A stretch of DNA of 64,000 bases, from contig OZ024748.1 of the NCBI GenBank assembly GCA_964016885.1, positions 29,016,001 to 29,080,000 on the forward strand. Direction: 5' to 3'. The DNA comes from Eledone cirrhosa (Eukaryota). The notes below the pieces were generated by a model. It ran no database searches, was not told the DNA's origin, and was given only the letters and a program-made list of their open reading frames with translations. This document shows positions 48,535-61,545 of this stretch, one piece after another. The translations under genes and the position numbers were made by a program. How positions within the stretch are numbered: position 1 is the first letter of the stretch; each line of letters starts with the position of its first letter.

Positions 48535-50730
48535 TCTTTGCTGAGTATGCATGCCCAGTATAGGAGCGAGCTGTCCATATCCAGAAGCTAGATCCTGCCA
48601 TCAATGCTGGCTGCCGCCTCACCACAGGCTGCCTGAAATCTGCACCTACAGACCGTCTGCGTATTCTGGCAGGCATATCCCCCACCAGAGATACGATGAA
48701 GTGCAGCAAGCAAGAAAGGGCGTCAACAACAGACTTACAGATCAAAAACATCCTCTCTTTGGCCATGTGCCAGTCGAAAGCTGCCTTAAATCCAGGAAAA
48801 AGTTTTGTAAAGAGTGTCGCACCCCTTGGAACATCAAGCATAAGTAGTGAAAGAGTCACTTGATGGGAAGAAAAACTTAACAACCTCCCATCTGTAACAA
48901 CAATGGAGCTAAAGTCGAGTGAGGCACTGCCCCCCAGAGCAGATACAAACTATGCAGTGTGGAAGTGCCGCAACAGACTCAGATCTGGTGTTGGACGTGC
49001 AAAAGTCAATGTGGCAAAATGGGGATATTTAAAGGATGGGGACATTTTGTGTGACTGCAGCATCGAACCACAGATTACGCAGCACCTCCTGATATGCCCC
49101 CTTCTGAAACACCCCTGCACAGCATTGGATTTGCCAAAGTTTAATGAAAAAGGACAGCAATGGATGGATCCACATCTAACCAAGCTTTGTAGCTGACACT
49201 CTTTACCTTGATGTCATATTAGTACAGGAAACCCATATTGGTGACGTTGAGAACTGCTCTAAGCTTTGCCTCTATGGGTACAAACTCATTGCTGCAGTAC
49301 CCCACTCGAAATATGGTGTTGCCACTTACATCAGGCATACTATAACAGAATTTTCTGTTGAAGAATCCTGCAGGGATTTATCACTACTCTGAGAATCAGG
49401 GACCTCACCATCACTAACCTTTACAAGCCACCAAAAAGTACTTGACTCTACCCTACCCTGAAAGTCCACTCCCATCCGGAGCTGCATACTGATGACTTCA
49501 ACAGCCATCACTCTTCATGGGGCTATACCACAGACAATGAGTCTGGGAAACAGTTGGAAGCATGGACTTCAGCCTGTGACTGTTATCTTCTCCATGATGT
49601 CAAACAACCTGGCACGTTCCATTCTAGTTGCTGTGATACATAGACCATAGAACAGCTGTGATACACATTGGCATAGAGATTCCTGTTATACAATCCAAGC
49701 CACTACAATGGTGGAACTTCAGGAAGGCTGATTGGGAATCCTTCAGCTCAGAGGTAGAGGAACAAATCATCAACTTGGAACCTATTCCCACGTATTATAA
49801 TTCATTTTGTAATATTCTGAAGGACACTGCCAGGTTTCCGTCTATCTTACACCCCGTGCTGGCTTCCAGAGTCTGAAGAGCGTCACAAGAGCTATGAAGC
49901 CTCAGGTAAGCCAGACATTGCTACGGAACTCTAAGACTCTCTTAACTCAGCTAGACAGATATGCTGGCTGGAAACGGTGGAAGATTTGGATTTCACTCAG
50001 ACTAGAAGAAAAGTATGGGATCTCCTTAGGCGATTTTGTGCAGCATCTCCCGTTCAGCATCAGCCACCAAAAGTAACTGCTAACGAAATTGCATCACACC
50101 TACTTTTCAACTCCACAGTACCTTCAACCAAGGAGGCATGCCAAGAAGTCTGTAAGAATCTCTCAGCAACCTACTATTCCTCACTGAAGAGTACCCCACT
50201 TGCTAGACCTTACACCATAAGTGAGATAGATACTGGCCTTTCATCCAACCAAAGGCAGCAGGAATCGATGGCATTTATGCTGAATTCCTTAAGAACCTTG
50301 GTCCAATTGCCCGAGACTGGCTGGCTTCTCTCTTCACAGTCATCCACTCAACTGGAGTTACCCACAAGATCTGGAGAGAAGCCAAGGCCATAGCCTCCTA
50401 AAACCCAGGAAACCTGCAGACAATCCAGCAAGCTACCAGACAATCTCTCTCCTCTGTACCTCTTATAAACTATTTGAATAGCTCCTCTTGGTTAGGTTTG
50501 ACCCTTCAGTAGAACCAACCTTGCCTAAGTAGCAAGCAGGCTTCACACCACTATCTTCATTGAGGCTGGCTACCAATGAGGTCTCAAAACAGGGGCTGCT
50601 CTAGTTGACCTCTCTTCTGCATAAGATACTATATTGATACACAGCCCCCTTCTCAAGGCCTGTCGTACCCTCATGTGCCAGGCAACTATGAACATCCTTG
50701 CCTCCATACTCAGTAACAGAAAATTCAGAG
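48535..50730 (+). mobile_element. Degenerate Vingi/Ingi-like LINE pieces (3' part, then EN-RT part)
   Basis: NRLRSGVGR..KWG..CDC..Q..HLL.CP C-terminus, followed by DFNSHH..WGY and ISLLCT.YKLFE motifs. Clade assignment is from memory. Confidence 0.6.
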
Positions 50731-51090
50731 TGTATTGTATTGCAGATAATCAGTCGGTTGGATCACCGAATTCCAGGAGTCTCAATCCTTCCCCATTTCT
50801 TATGCCAAACCCGAAACCTCCCAGAACCCCATAGTAACTGTTACATTGTCACACCACATGTTCGTTAAAGTCACCTGCAATAATAGTGAAGTCACCATTC
50901 CTGGTTTTGGGAGGTTGCACGTGTTAGGGATTCGTAGAATACATCCTTTTGTTCATCTGGCAGCCCGTATTGGAGTGCATAAATTGACATGATTGTTACC
51001 GTTGTTCTATTTAGAATGAGTCTGAGTGTAATGATTCTGTCTTTTATTCTATTTACTGCAATTACCTTATCCACCCCTGTTAGCATAATA
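50730..51090 (-). mobile_element. RTE endonuclease fragment
   Basis: VDKVIAVNRIKDRII.LRL..TVTIMSIYA.Q.GLP. Confidence 0.75.
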
Positions 51091-51448
51091 ACTACTCTGC
51101 TTAGCCTGCTGTTGTTTCCTTCCAACAGGTCCTGTAAGAAGCAACCATCTTCAACTAATCTGGCTGGTTCCCTAGCGAGACCAGCTAAGCTCATAGATGT
51201 TATCCAACTTTCTTGCTCAGAGTCTACTATTGGGTCTCCTGCCAGTTGGTTTTGCCCGTAAAATCTGTCCAGTGATTCTTTCCTAAGACATTCTAATCGC
51301 ATGCCCAAAATGGAGCATATGAGTATGACTTGGTCACCTGACCAATTTAGCCACCGTAAGTTATGGCTTATCTAACCCATGTAAGCATGGAAAATAGACA
51401 TTAATTGAAGATAATGATGATATAATTGTGTGTGTGTGCTATTTCCAG

Positions 51449-51551
51449 AGAAAAAAGATGGTGATAAGAAAGAAGGGGTGAACAAATTTGAGAAGAAAGA
51501 CCGAAAGAAGACATAACAGCAGCAGCAGAAGTAGTTACCATAGAACATCAG
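51449..51551 (+). pseudogene. SAFB-like: SAFB-like copy 2 exon with an apparent frameshift
   Basis: AG/GT bounded. KKDGDKKEG.. and ..ERRHNSSSRSSYHRTS lie in different frames; all three frames contain a stop. Confidence 0.55.
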
Positions 51552-51713
51552 GTCAGTCTCCCTTAACACTTCTCTGTCAGTGTGTCTGTTGTCCTTATAC
51601 AAGACACTTAACTTTAATTTATCTAAAGACAATATGGTGATAGATATATATGTCTAGACTTCACTTCAAACATTCAACTATTATTTGTAAGTTGTTTTAT
51701 GTAAATATTTCAG

Positions 51714-52102
51714 ATAAATCTCATGTGTCTACATCAAGTAGGGGTACAAGTAAACCAGGTACAAGTAAACCAGATACAAGTAAACCAGGTACAAATAAAC
51801 CAAGTACAAGTAAACCAGGTACAAGTAAACCAGGTACAATTAAACCAAGTACAAGTAAACCAAGTACAAGTAAACCAGGTACAAGTAAACCAGCTACAAG
51901 TAAACCAGGTACAAGTTCAAGATCTGTTACAAAAGAGGGCTCTGAGAAAGGTGTAAAACCTTTATCACCATCAAACACTAAAGAGAAGGTTGCCAACCCA
52001 GAAAAGCCTGAACCAGGTGAACCAACTGCCACAACTGAAACTACAAAAGATAAAAGTGGCAAAGATACCAAGAAGGATATTTTATCATTTCATAGAATAA
52101 AA
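51714..52102 (+). CDS. SAFB-like: SAFB-like copy 2 exon with 11 x 15-bp GTSKP repeats, ending KDILSFHRIK
   Basis: TTTCAG / GTAAGT. ILSF..IK resembles the SAFB/SLTM motif before the Glu/Arg coiled coil. Confidence 0.75.
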
Positions 52103-52254
52103 GTAAGTACTATTTTGTGTATGTCTTGTAGTGTGTCTAGTCAGGTGTGACTTGTATGGTTTGGTGTATTACTTGAGGAATATGTTTTAGTGTGACTAAG
52201 TGAATGGCTTCCTGTAATTAAGGGGTGTGGCTTGGTGTGACTTGTGGGTTCAGT

Positions 52255-52490
52255 TTGGTAGTTAGTATCACTAATTCCACCCTCAAATTAGAGCAATTAG
52301 CATTACTAATTCTACCTCTCAAAGTACAGTAGTTAGTATCACTAACTCCACCCTGAAACTATTGTAGTTAGTATCACTAACTCCACCCTGAAACTATTTT
52401 AGTTAGTATCACTAATTCCACTTTGAAACTAGAATTGTTAGTATCACTTGCTTCACCCTATCACTAAAATAGTTAGTATTACTGATGTCA
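52255..52490. repeat. ~35-bp minisatellite (GTAGTTAGTATCACTAACTCCACCCTGAAACTATT)
   Basis: About 6-7 degenerate tandem copies. Confidence 0.8.
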
Positions 52491-52871
52491 TCATAATATT
52501 AAATTTACTCTACCTTAAAAATAATCACTAGACAGTTTGTTCATTTTGAATTGCTATATCTTCCAACAAAGGTTTTAATGTGTAACAAAGGATGTAACAT
52601 TAGCTGGAAATTTAAATGATGTTAGTTTTATACAGAACAGGTTTAATCTATGATATGTCTGCTGTATTATTATATTAGTCTCCCAACTCTTGTAAAATAT
52701 ATTATAGTCATGTTTTATATAATTAATTGATTTTTATATTGTTGACTCTTGTACATTTTATGTTATTGCTTGTTGCCTTATTTTAGTCTGCTATTTAAAA
52801 ATTATTCTCATTTCATATTGCATTTTTTTAAACAAATAAAACAAAAACTCCATCAAATGATTTTACTAAAG

Positions 52872-53014
52872 AAAAGGAATATGGAGCGTTTACGTCAAAG
52901 GCATAAGAACATTCATCGGTTGAACAAATTTGTTTTAACTCGTAAGGTTCAGAAAGAAGTGAGAAAACAAGAGGAGGAGGCTGTGCAATTGGACAAAGCT
53001 AGAGAAAGATTAAG
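52872..53014 (+). CDS. SAFB-like: SAFB-like copy 2 coiled-coil exon
   Basis: KRNMERLRQR...RKQEEEAVQLDKARERLR. Phases fit the neighbouring exons; acceptor is weak (AAG). Confidence 0.6.
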
Positions 53015-55009
53015 GTTTGTTGAAAATTCTTTGACACTTTAATTTTTTAGTGTAAGGTTGCATGGTTGTACGCTTAAGAAGTTCACTTTACAACTATGTA
53101 GTTTTTGATTCAGTTTATTGTACAGCACAATGGGTTAACTAAACCTCGGGTGGGCCAATGCTTTGTAAGTGAAATGTGGTAGAGGAATACTATGTTAAAG
53201 CTTATCTAAAGGATTGTTGTTGATTTTTGGTGATAGGTTTAACTCCTTATCAGTTGATGGTGTTAAATGACAGGAAAATCAGAATCTGTAAAATATATTG
53301 AGTGGTATATACATTCTGAGTAAAATCCCGTTGAAGTCAACTCAGGTGGATAAAATAAAAGTACCAATAGAGTACTGGTGTCGATATAATCAACTTTCCC
53401 CTCCCTACTAATTGCCAGCCTTGCATCTAAATTAGAAATCCTATTTACTATGCATGTTGTTTGTTTAAATTGTTTTAACTACCTCCTGGTGTATTTATTT
53501 TTAATATCTCATAATCGAGTGGGTGGTTTAAACACCATTAAAAAACCTTTGACTTTACATAGGGTCGAAGAAATTGTAGCAAGCAGTGGCACTATTTTAT
53601 CGCTGTGGAGTAATTTGGTCGTGCTTTGTCACTTGCCAGCCCTTAGGGTTGGTGGCGTATGAATACAAAAGATGACTTCTGCCCAGCAGTTGTTTTGTGC
53701 CTTTTTTCAGTTCTAGCTAGCAGTTGCACTTGGCATTTCGTTGACACCAGAACCTCACAAGTGGCTTTCCTGGTCAATGCACCATCTTTCAAAACTACCC
53801 AGCAGTTGCGTTTTAGAGTCGTTGGCTAGCAGCTCATAATGGCTTCACTACTCCTGCGACTTTGCTCTCTAACAATGAGAGTAATTTTATTTATACGTCT
53901 TTTAGGAGATTTACCGTAACCGACAACTTGGTTTCAAAGTACTTGCCTTTAAGAGATTTGCCATTACTTGTCAGCTTTGTTACACAAAATATCTGTACCA
54001 CTTCACACCCTTTGTACATGCGTCCACGTCAAGCAAAAATAAATCTTTATTATGTTTAACTATGCCTTCTGATCTTTCCACCTGAACTAAACATAAACAT
54101 GCAGCCTTACATCTCTATCTTCTTTAAGGATATAATCTCCGCTACCAATACAGAATAAGGATAAAGTAATCTCACTAAAAAATGATATGTTGGAATAGCT
54201 TTCCTCAGTGTCTTTTCAAGATCCAAGGAAGAGTTCATCTCTTCCTTGCAAGTTAAAGAAATACCTATCAAGCATACACTTCTTCCACTCTTGCTGTACT
54301 GAACTGTTATTAGTGTTGGTGTTAATGGTTAACTTCAGGTTAACTTTAACAAACAGGCTTATGAACAAAGGCATTCCAGTCGTGACCATCCTAGCTTTTT
54401 AGGGTTATCCAGAACTACCTTATGTAATATGTCTGTTCTTTATGCTGATGGCATGTTATTTAATAGAGATTTCTTGGAGGTTGAGTGATCACAGAGAGGA
54501 TTTATAAATTGTATCTCTACATGGTGTGTATTCCTATCAGGCTGAGTGATCACAGAGACACCGATAATTGTACCTCTACAAGATATGTATTTAGTGTTAT
54601 GTGGATGTTATTTTGTGACTTAAATGTCTTTGCCCAGAAAACAGTCTAACACCAATAATGTTGTTCCATCATCTGACACAGTGATTTTATTGTCTTGTCT
54701 AACTGTCACTTGATTCTCTTTCCCTGGGAATAAAATAAGTAATTTATATATTAACCCTATATCAATAGGCTTTTCTTTATACTCCTTACCATTAAATATT
54801 TTATTACCATATTTCTTATGAAATACACTTTATTTAAATTAATCAATAAAGAAATTTAAGGCATTTACTAAAATTCTTACTATTACTAAAAAACAGTAAT
54901 TTAACATATGATTAATATAAAGTTGTTGGAAGATTATAATTTAGGTAGGAAACTTTAAAACTGCGGTTTTGTTCACAGAACCTGAGCTTAAAAGTGTTAA
55001 ATAGTTAAT

Positions 55010-55193
55010 TGTTTCTACTTTTGGCACAAGGCCAGCAATTACCCAGTGCATTACTGGTACTTTATTTTATCGACCCCGTAAGGATGAAAGGCAAAGTCAA
55101 CCTCGGCGGGATTTGAACTCAGATCGTAAAGGGACGTAACTATGCTGGAAAGCATGGCGTCCGACCCTCTACCGATACTGCCAATCCACCGCC
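55010..55193 (-). mobile_element. Full-length tRNA-derived SINE with 22-bp target site duplication
   Basis: TTAAAAGTGTTAAATAGTTAAT at 54988-55009 and 55194-55215; B box GAGTTCAAATCC. Confidence 0.9.
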
Positions 55194-55455
55194 TTAAAAG
55201 TGTTAAATAGTTAATGTTAAGATATCAACAACCTCATCTGATATTTCTAATATTTAAGGTTAATAAATTGGCATATAAAAAAAATACATATTTTCTCCTA
55301 AATTCCAAAGAAAATATGTTTGATATTTTTCAGAGTATTATGAGAATGTATAGACTCAGTTCAGTGTGTGATAGGGACTGGGAAAATTTTCATTCTATTT
55401 TGATTTTTTCCAAGTATTTTTTGGTGATGTCTTTATATTGTTTTATACTTCTTAG

Positions 55456-55551
55456 GCTGGAGAGAAGAAAGCTGGAGAAAGAAAAACTATTAAGATATAG
55501 AATGGAAAAAGAAGTTCTTCAAAAGGAAAGACTGAAAGCTAAGATGATGAG
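55456..55551 (+). CDS. SAFB-like: SAFB-like copy 2: 96-nt coiled-coil exon (duplicate 1)
   Basis: CTTAG / GTGAGT; LERRKLEKEKLLRYRMEKEVLQKERLKAKMM. Confidence 0.75.
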
Positions 55552-55632
55552 GTGAGTAAATCAGAAAATATTCTTACTATACCATTATGAACTTAATGGT
55601 ATCTTATTAATTATCTTTGACATCATTTAGTC

Positions 55633-58600
55633 ATCATCATTACCGTTTTACGTCCGTTCTTCCACGCTAGCATGGGTTAGACGGGTTGTCCTGTTGTGGG
55701 CAGTGTCTGGTCGGCTGACCATGCCTTGCTCATACAGGAACTGATTTGGCTTGATTTCTACAGCTGGATGCCCTTCCTAACACCAACCTCATTTACAGTG
55801 AGTGCTGGGTGCTTTTTCGTGGCGCCTACACGTCCACTTTACAGTGCGGGCTGGGTGCTTTTTTGCCGTGGCACCTCCACGACCACCTTGCAGTGGGAGG
55901 ATGTGGGGGCATATTGTCTATATGCTTCAGCTTGTACCCATGGGAGGTCAGGTACTCTGTATTACTGCGCGACACCAGAGGTCACGGTCGTGTGTCATCA
56001 ACTTTGAGAGGTGTAATTGGGTAAGGTCGGCTTTTATCACCTCATCCCAGGTCATCTTGGGTCTCCCCACTCCGCGGTTTCCATCGACTTCTAGTGCTCT
56101 GCACCTTTTTATGCAGCTGTCATCCTTCATACGCATCACATGTCCATACCAATGCAACCGCCTCTCCTGCACACAGCATTTGATTCCTCTTATGCTCAGT
56201 CTCTCTCTCAATTCATTTATGCTTTGTCATTCGCATTTATTACTATTACACATCCATCGGAGCATGCAGGCTTCGTTTCTCTCTAATCTACGTAAGTCTT
56301 CCACCTTCAGCGCCCAGGTCTCACTACCATGTAACGTTGCTGTTCGGATACACACATCATACAGTCTGCCTTTCATTTTGAACGAGAAACCTTTTGCAGC
56401 TAGCAGTGGTAGTAGTTCCCTGAACTTCTTCCATCCCGTTCTTACCCTAGTTATTGTACTTTCTGAACACCCACCTCTGCTGCTAATTCGGTCACCTAGG
56501 TAGCAGAAGCTGTCTACTGTCTCTACAGAGCCCTCCCAGAGATTGGTGGTACTTGTTTCCTGTGGCTGTTTGCTGCTTGCTGTCCCAGTACAGCTGCTAC
56601 ATGTGAATCCTACATTCTTAATTAAGCTTCCTGAGATCCCGCTACATCTCTTGTGTACCCATTGTTTGCATTTGGGGCAGAGAATGGAGTTCCTACCTAC
56701 ACCTTTCCTACATACTGAGCAAGGCCATTTCCCTGAGGGGATCTGGGTTCTGTTTTCTCGTCTACTTACAAAGACCTTAGTCTTTGTCATGTTGACTTTG
56801 AGACCCTTTCTTTCTAGTCCCTGCTTCGAAGTTTGGAATTTATTCTCTAGTTCTACCATAGATTCAGCTATGAGTGCGAGGTCATCAGCATACAGGAGTT
56901 CCCATGGGCATCTGGTCTTAAACTCCTCCGTTATTGCCTGCAGGACTATGATGAACAGGAGAGGGGTAAGAACAGAGCCCTGGTGGACCCCAACCTGTAC
57001 GCTAAATTCCTCGCTATACTCATTGCTAATCCTAACTTTGCTGACTGCTCCCCTATACATGGCTTGTACAGCTTTCACAAGCCATTCATCTACTCCTAGT
57101 TTTCTAAGAGCCCACCAGATTACAGCACGTGGAACTCTGTCAAAGGCTTTCTCGAGATCGACGAATGCCAGGTAGAGTGGCTTACTTTTAGCTAGGTACT
57201 TTTCCTGTAACTGCCTCACAAGGAAGAGGGCATCAGTGGTGCCTCTTCCTGGTACAAACCCAAATTGCATCTCATCTAGTTTCACCCGGTCCCTAATCAA
57301 CTGTGCTATAACTCTTTCTGTTACTTTCATGACCTGGTCCATTGCTGTATACCTCTATAGTTTCCTCTATCGAGTGCATCACCTTTACCTTTGTAGCAGT
57401 TGGCAATGATGCTACTGCACCAATCTTTTGGTATGGCACCTTCTTATTACCTGGTTAACAATACGTGTGGTTATAGTGTGACCTACAGACCCAGATACCT
57501 TCAGTATCTCGGCAGCTATACCCGATGGATCGGTTGCCTTCCCCATCTTCATATCTTTGATTGCCTTACTTACTACGCTGCTGCTGACTTGTACTGCTGG
57601 CCCCTCTATAGGGTCTATTTGGGGTAGGGTCTCTTCTTCCCATGCATTCTCCTCATTTAGTAATCTATCATAATGACTCTTCCATGCATCTTTCTTCTCA
57701 GCACTTGTGAGGGCAAGCTCACCTTTATCATTCCGGATACACTTCTCTCCAATGACATCACAATTCTCTCTGACACACTGCCTCGCAATCTTGAACACCT
57801 GTTTCTGGTCCTCACATTGCAAAACATGCTTGAATTTACTATCCTCTGCTTCCCTCCTAGCTAAGTATACTTGTCGCCTAGCTTCCCTCTTGGTCTCTAT
57901 GTAATGTACCCTGCTCCCCCCGTTCTTCCATTCTTTCCATGCCTGTCTCTTGGCCTTAACTGCCTCATCTACCTTATTGTTCCACCACCAAGTCACTCTC
58001 CTCCTGCTTGTGGTCTTACTCCAGCCACAGACCTCATCTGTCGCCTCTAGTAAGTTATTTTTTAGGAACTCCCAGTGCTCTTCTACATTGAATGTCTCTA
58101 TCTGTTCTTCTTTACTGTCGTAGGCATTGAGTAAAATATCTTTAAATCTGTTATTGGCTGAGGGGTCTTTCAGCTTCCAGATCTTTCTTCTCCAGGTTGG
58201 CCTCTGTTTCCAGGTTCGTCTAGTTCTGACTGTGAGGTCGCTGACAACTAAGCTATGTTGGGAGGTACATTCCTCACTAGGGAAGGCTTTTGTGTTTACG
58301 ACCGTCCATCTGTCACATCCTCTCATGAGGATAAAATCTATCTGACTAGAATGCTCCCCTGATCTATCGGTGATCAGGTGGTTGTCAGGTTTTTTGAAGT
58401 TTGTGTTACATATCGACATGTCATTGGCGTCGCAGAATTCTAGAAGTATGAATCCTTCTTCATTTCTTGTGCCAACCCCATGGCCTCCATGGATTCTATT
58501 GAAGCCGTCACAGTGTTTACCTATGTGTCCGTTAAAATCTCCTGCGATGATTAGGAAGTCATTGTCGTTTGTTAGAGCAGTAGTGTGCATTAGGGACTCG

Positions 58601-59672
58601 TAAAATCTATCCTTAAGTTCGTCTGGCAACCCCGATTGGGGTGCGTAAGCTGATATTATTGTGGTAATTGTTTTATTCAGAACTAGTCTGAGTTTAATGA
58701 TTCTTGCATTTACCTTGTACACTGAGATTACTTTATCTACCCACTTGTCAGCTAGTAGTATACCTACACCACCCATCCCATCATCATTTCCCACCCAGAA
58801 AAATTTGTAGCACCGACTTTTTCCTACAAGGACTCTAGCAGACTCTCCTTTCCACCTAGTCTCTTGCACACAGCATACATCAATTTCCTTTCGCTCTAGC
58901 ATTTCTACGATTTCTCCTGCTCTTCCTTTCATCGTGCTTACATTGATGGTACCAACTCGGAGTTTTGGGCATTTGTCAACACTCGTAGGGAAGGGTCGAT
59001 TTTTGCAGGGGTGTGTGTGTGCTTCCTCTCTCTGGATTGGCGCTTCACATGGGTGCTTGGTAGCTTTCGGATTCATATTCATTTCATCTATTAATTCAGA
59101 GTTGCTCCAATTTATTCTCAGCTCATCCATCCATAACGGTAGGAAAATTCAGGGCTAGAAGAACAGTGGTGGTGGTAATAATGGCAGGGTGTGTTGGGCT
59201 GGGACGGGGGAGGAGAGAGTTAGGTGGTAGTAGTAGTAGTAGTAGTAGAAGAAATGGCATGCTGAGGTTTGATTGGTCGAATATGCTATGGTGGTGGGAG
59301 GGAAATTGTGAGGTAGAGAGAGGGTCGCCGTCAAGGCTAACAAACTAACTGATAGAATACAGCATGGCAAAGTAGCCGAGAGAATACAGCAACAATAATA
59401 TTAATAATAGCCAGTCATGGCCTGTAGCCTTTGATGGAAAAATAGACAGAGACAGAGTCAGCATGGTAGGGGAAAATGAGGATAACAAAATAGATGTGTT
59501 GTGGTGGCTGAAATACCTGGCCAGATTTGTATGGATGGATGACTGGAACGTAGCTAAATCAACTCTAGTGATTCATTTTAGCCTTTCAGAGTAGAGTGTG
59601 TCTTATCTCTTCAATAACTTCAAGTGAGTGAGGAATGGGTGAAGAGGGAACAGGAGGTAATAGGTGGTTTAG

Positions 59673-59713
<41 letters not shown>

Positions 59714-59858
59714 TAGCCATCATAGAGAGAGAGATAGAGAGAGGGTAGCCATCATAGAGAGAGGGTCGCCGTCAAGGCTAACAAACTAACTGATAGAATA
59801 CAGCATGGCAAAGTAGCCGATAGAATACAGCAACAATAATATTAATAATAGCCAGTCA
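55633..59858 (-). mobile_element. Full-length, frameshifted RTE family B LINE
   Basis: ORF pieces 57412-59130, 56227-57342, 55948-56211. 5' direct repeats at 59314-59417 / 59755-59858. Empty site visible at ~60277-60300. Confidence 0.93.
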
Positions 59859-60124
59859 ATTGAGTTAATTTACTTATTCCTCTCCCTCCTCTTGGCTACC
59901 TTTTCTATTTGTTTTGTTTATTGGTTGGTTTTGGTTGTTGGCAATAGGATCTTTTAAATAGATTTTACTTTGTGGAAAGTAGTCTGAAATGTAATTCATA
60001 TGTGTGACATGATAACAACACTCAACAATATGTTATCAAATGTATAAAAATATATTGTAATGTAAATCTGTTGAAAAAATATATAATTCTTCCTAAATTC
60101 CAAACAAAATATGTTGTTCTTCAG

Positions 60125-60220
60125 GTTAGAGACAATAAATCTGGAGAAAGAAAAACTATTGAGATATAGATTGGAAAGTGAACTTCTTCAAAAGGAAAGA
60201 CTTAAAGCTGAGATGATGAT
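60125..60220 (+). CDS. SAFB-like: SAFB-like copy 2: 96-nt coiled-coil exon (duplicate 2)
   Basis: TTCAG / GTGAGT; LETINLEKEKLLRYRLESELLQKERLKAEMM. Confidence 0.75.
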
Positions 60221-60931
60221 GTGAGTAATTCAGATTATTTTCTTACTATATCATTATCAACATTTTAATTGTTTTTGACATCATTTAGTCAATTGAGTTA
60301 ATTACTTATTCCTCTCCCTCCTCTTGGCTACCTTTTCTATTTGTTTTGTTTATTGGTGGTTTTTGTTGTTGGCAATAGGATCTTCTGAATAGATTTTACT
60401 GAGTGGAAAGTAGTCTGAAATGTAATTTATATGTGTGACATGACAACAGCATGTGGTTTAAGGTAATTTTCTCTGTTAAAGCAGAGATTAGCCTTGCTGA
60501 GCTCCACAACAGGCTTCATATTCATGATGGGCTCCTTTTTCTGGCTGGATGTCCTTGGTGCCAACCATTTTAGTCACCCCTTACAACATGCAAAGATACA
60601 GAGTACCTATTTTAAACTAGATACACACAGTTTGACATGATAACTTATGTATGAAAAAATATTGTAATGAAGATGTGTAGCAGCCATAATAAACGAGTGG
60701 TAGTGGGGATCTTTGACTCAGCAGTCATCTTGCATCTTAAACAACCACTAGCTATATGTAAACTACACTGAGGAAGTATTTATGTAGTCACTCAGCCTGC
60801 TAGTAATAACAGCCAAATCTCACCATGCCATCTTAAAAAGATGAAGGATACATGTTCTGGCTGCTTATCCACTACTGCAGTTGTTTACTACTATTAACTT
60901 TATTTTGTTGTTTACTGTTCATTGTTTTTAG

Positions 60932-61075
60932 GCTGGAAATGAGACATTCCATGAAAAGACCTTTTGATCGAAGCAACGTACGTGAGGAAGATCTCTGGGA
61001 GGAACCTAAACGTTCCAGGATAAGCAATTCCAACAACTCCTTGAGGTTTGAACTTCCATTCCAGAATGAATCTCA
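60932..61075 (+). CDS. SAFB-like: SAFB-like copy 2 exon
   Basis: TTTTTAG / GTAAG. LEMRHSMKRPFDRSNVREEDLWEEPKR resembles SLTM RNSLKRPRDVDHRRDDPYWSENKK (from memory). Confidence 0.75.
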
Positions 61076-61132
61076 GTAAGTTATGTGTGATGAATGATAA
61101 TATTTCTGTCATTGCTTTATTATTGTTGTTGT

Positions 61133-61545
61133 TTGGCAGTATCGGTAGAGGGGCGGACGCCATGTTTTGCAGCATAGAGTTACGTCTCTTTGCAGTCTGA
61201 GTTCAAATCCTGCTTAGGTTTAACTTTGCCTTTCATCGTTTTATATATCAATCGACCTTTGTCAAATCGGACCGACTAAACAATGTTTTCATCGGTCTTT
61301 CCAGTTGCTAGTACTATCTATCAGTCGCAACTCCAGTTAGAAGGAGCAACGTGAAATAAAGTGTCTTGCTCAAGGATATAACGCATTGTCTGGTCCAGGA
61401 ATCGAACTCACAACCTCAAGATTGTGAATCCAATTCTCAAACCACTCAGCCACATGCCTTCAGTAATAATATGGGGTCGATAAAATAAAGTACCAGTAAT
61501 GCGCTGGCATAATTGCTGGCCTTGTGCCAAAAAGCAGAAACAATT
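61133..61545 (+). mobile_element. SINE interrupted by a second, antisense SINE (~61250-61460)
   Basis: The halves match 31421-31600; the insert matches 42470-42678. Confidence 0.75.

Noticed and set aside
51743-52490. CRISPR-like arrays
   Set aside because: Head-to-tail repeats without unique spacers, no cas genes, eukaryotic context.
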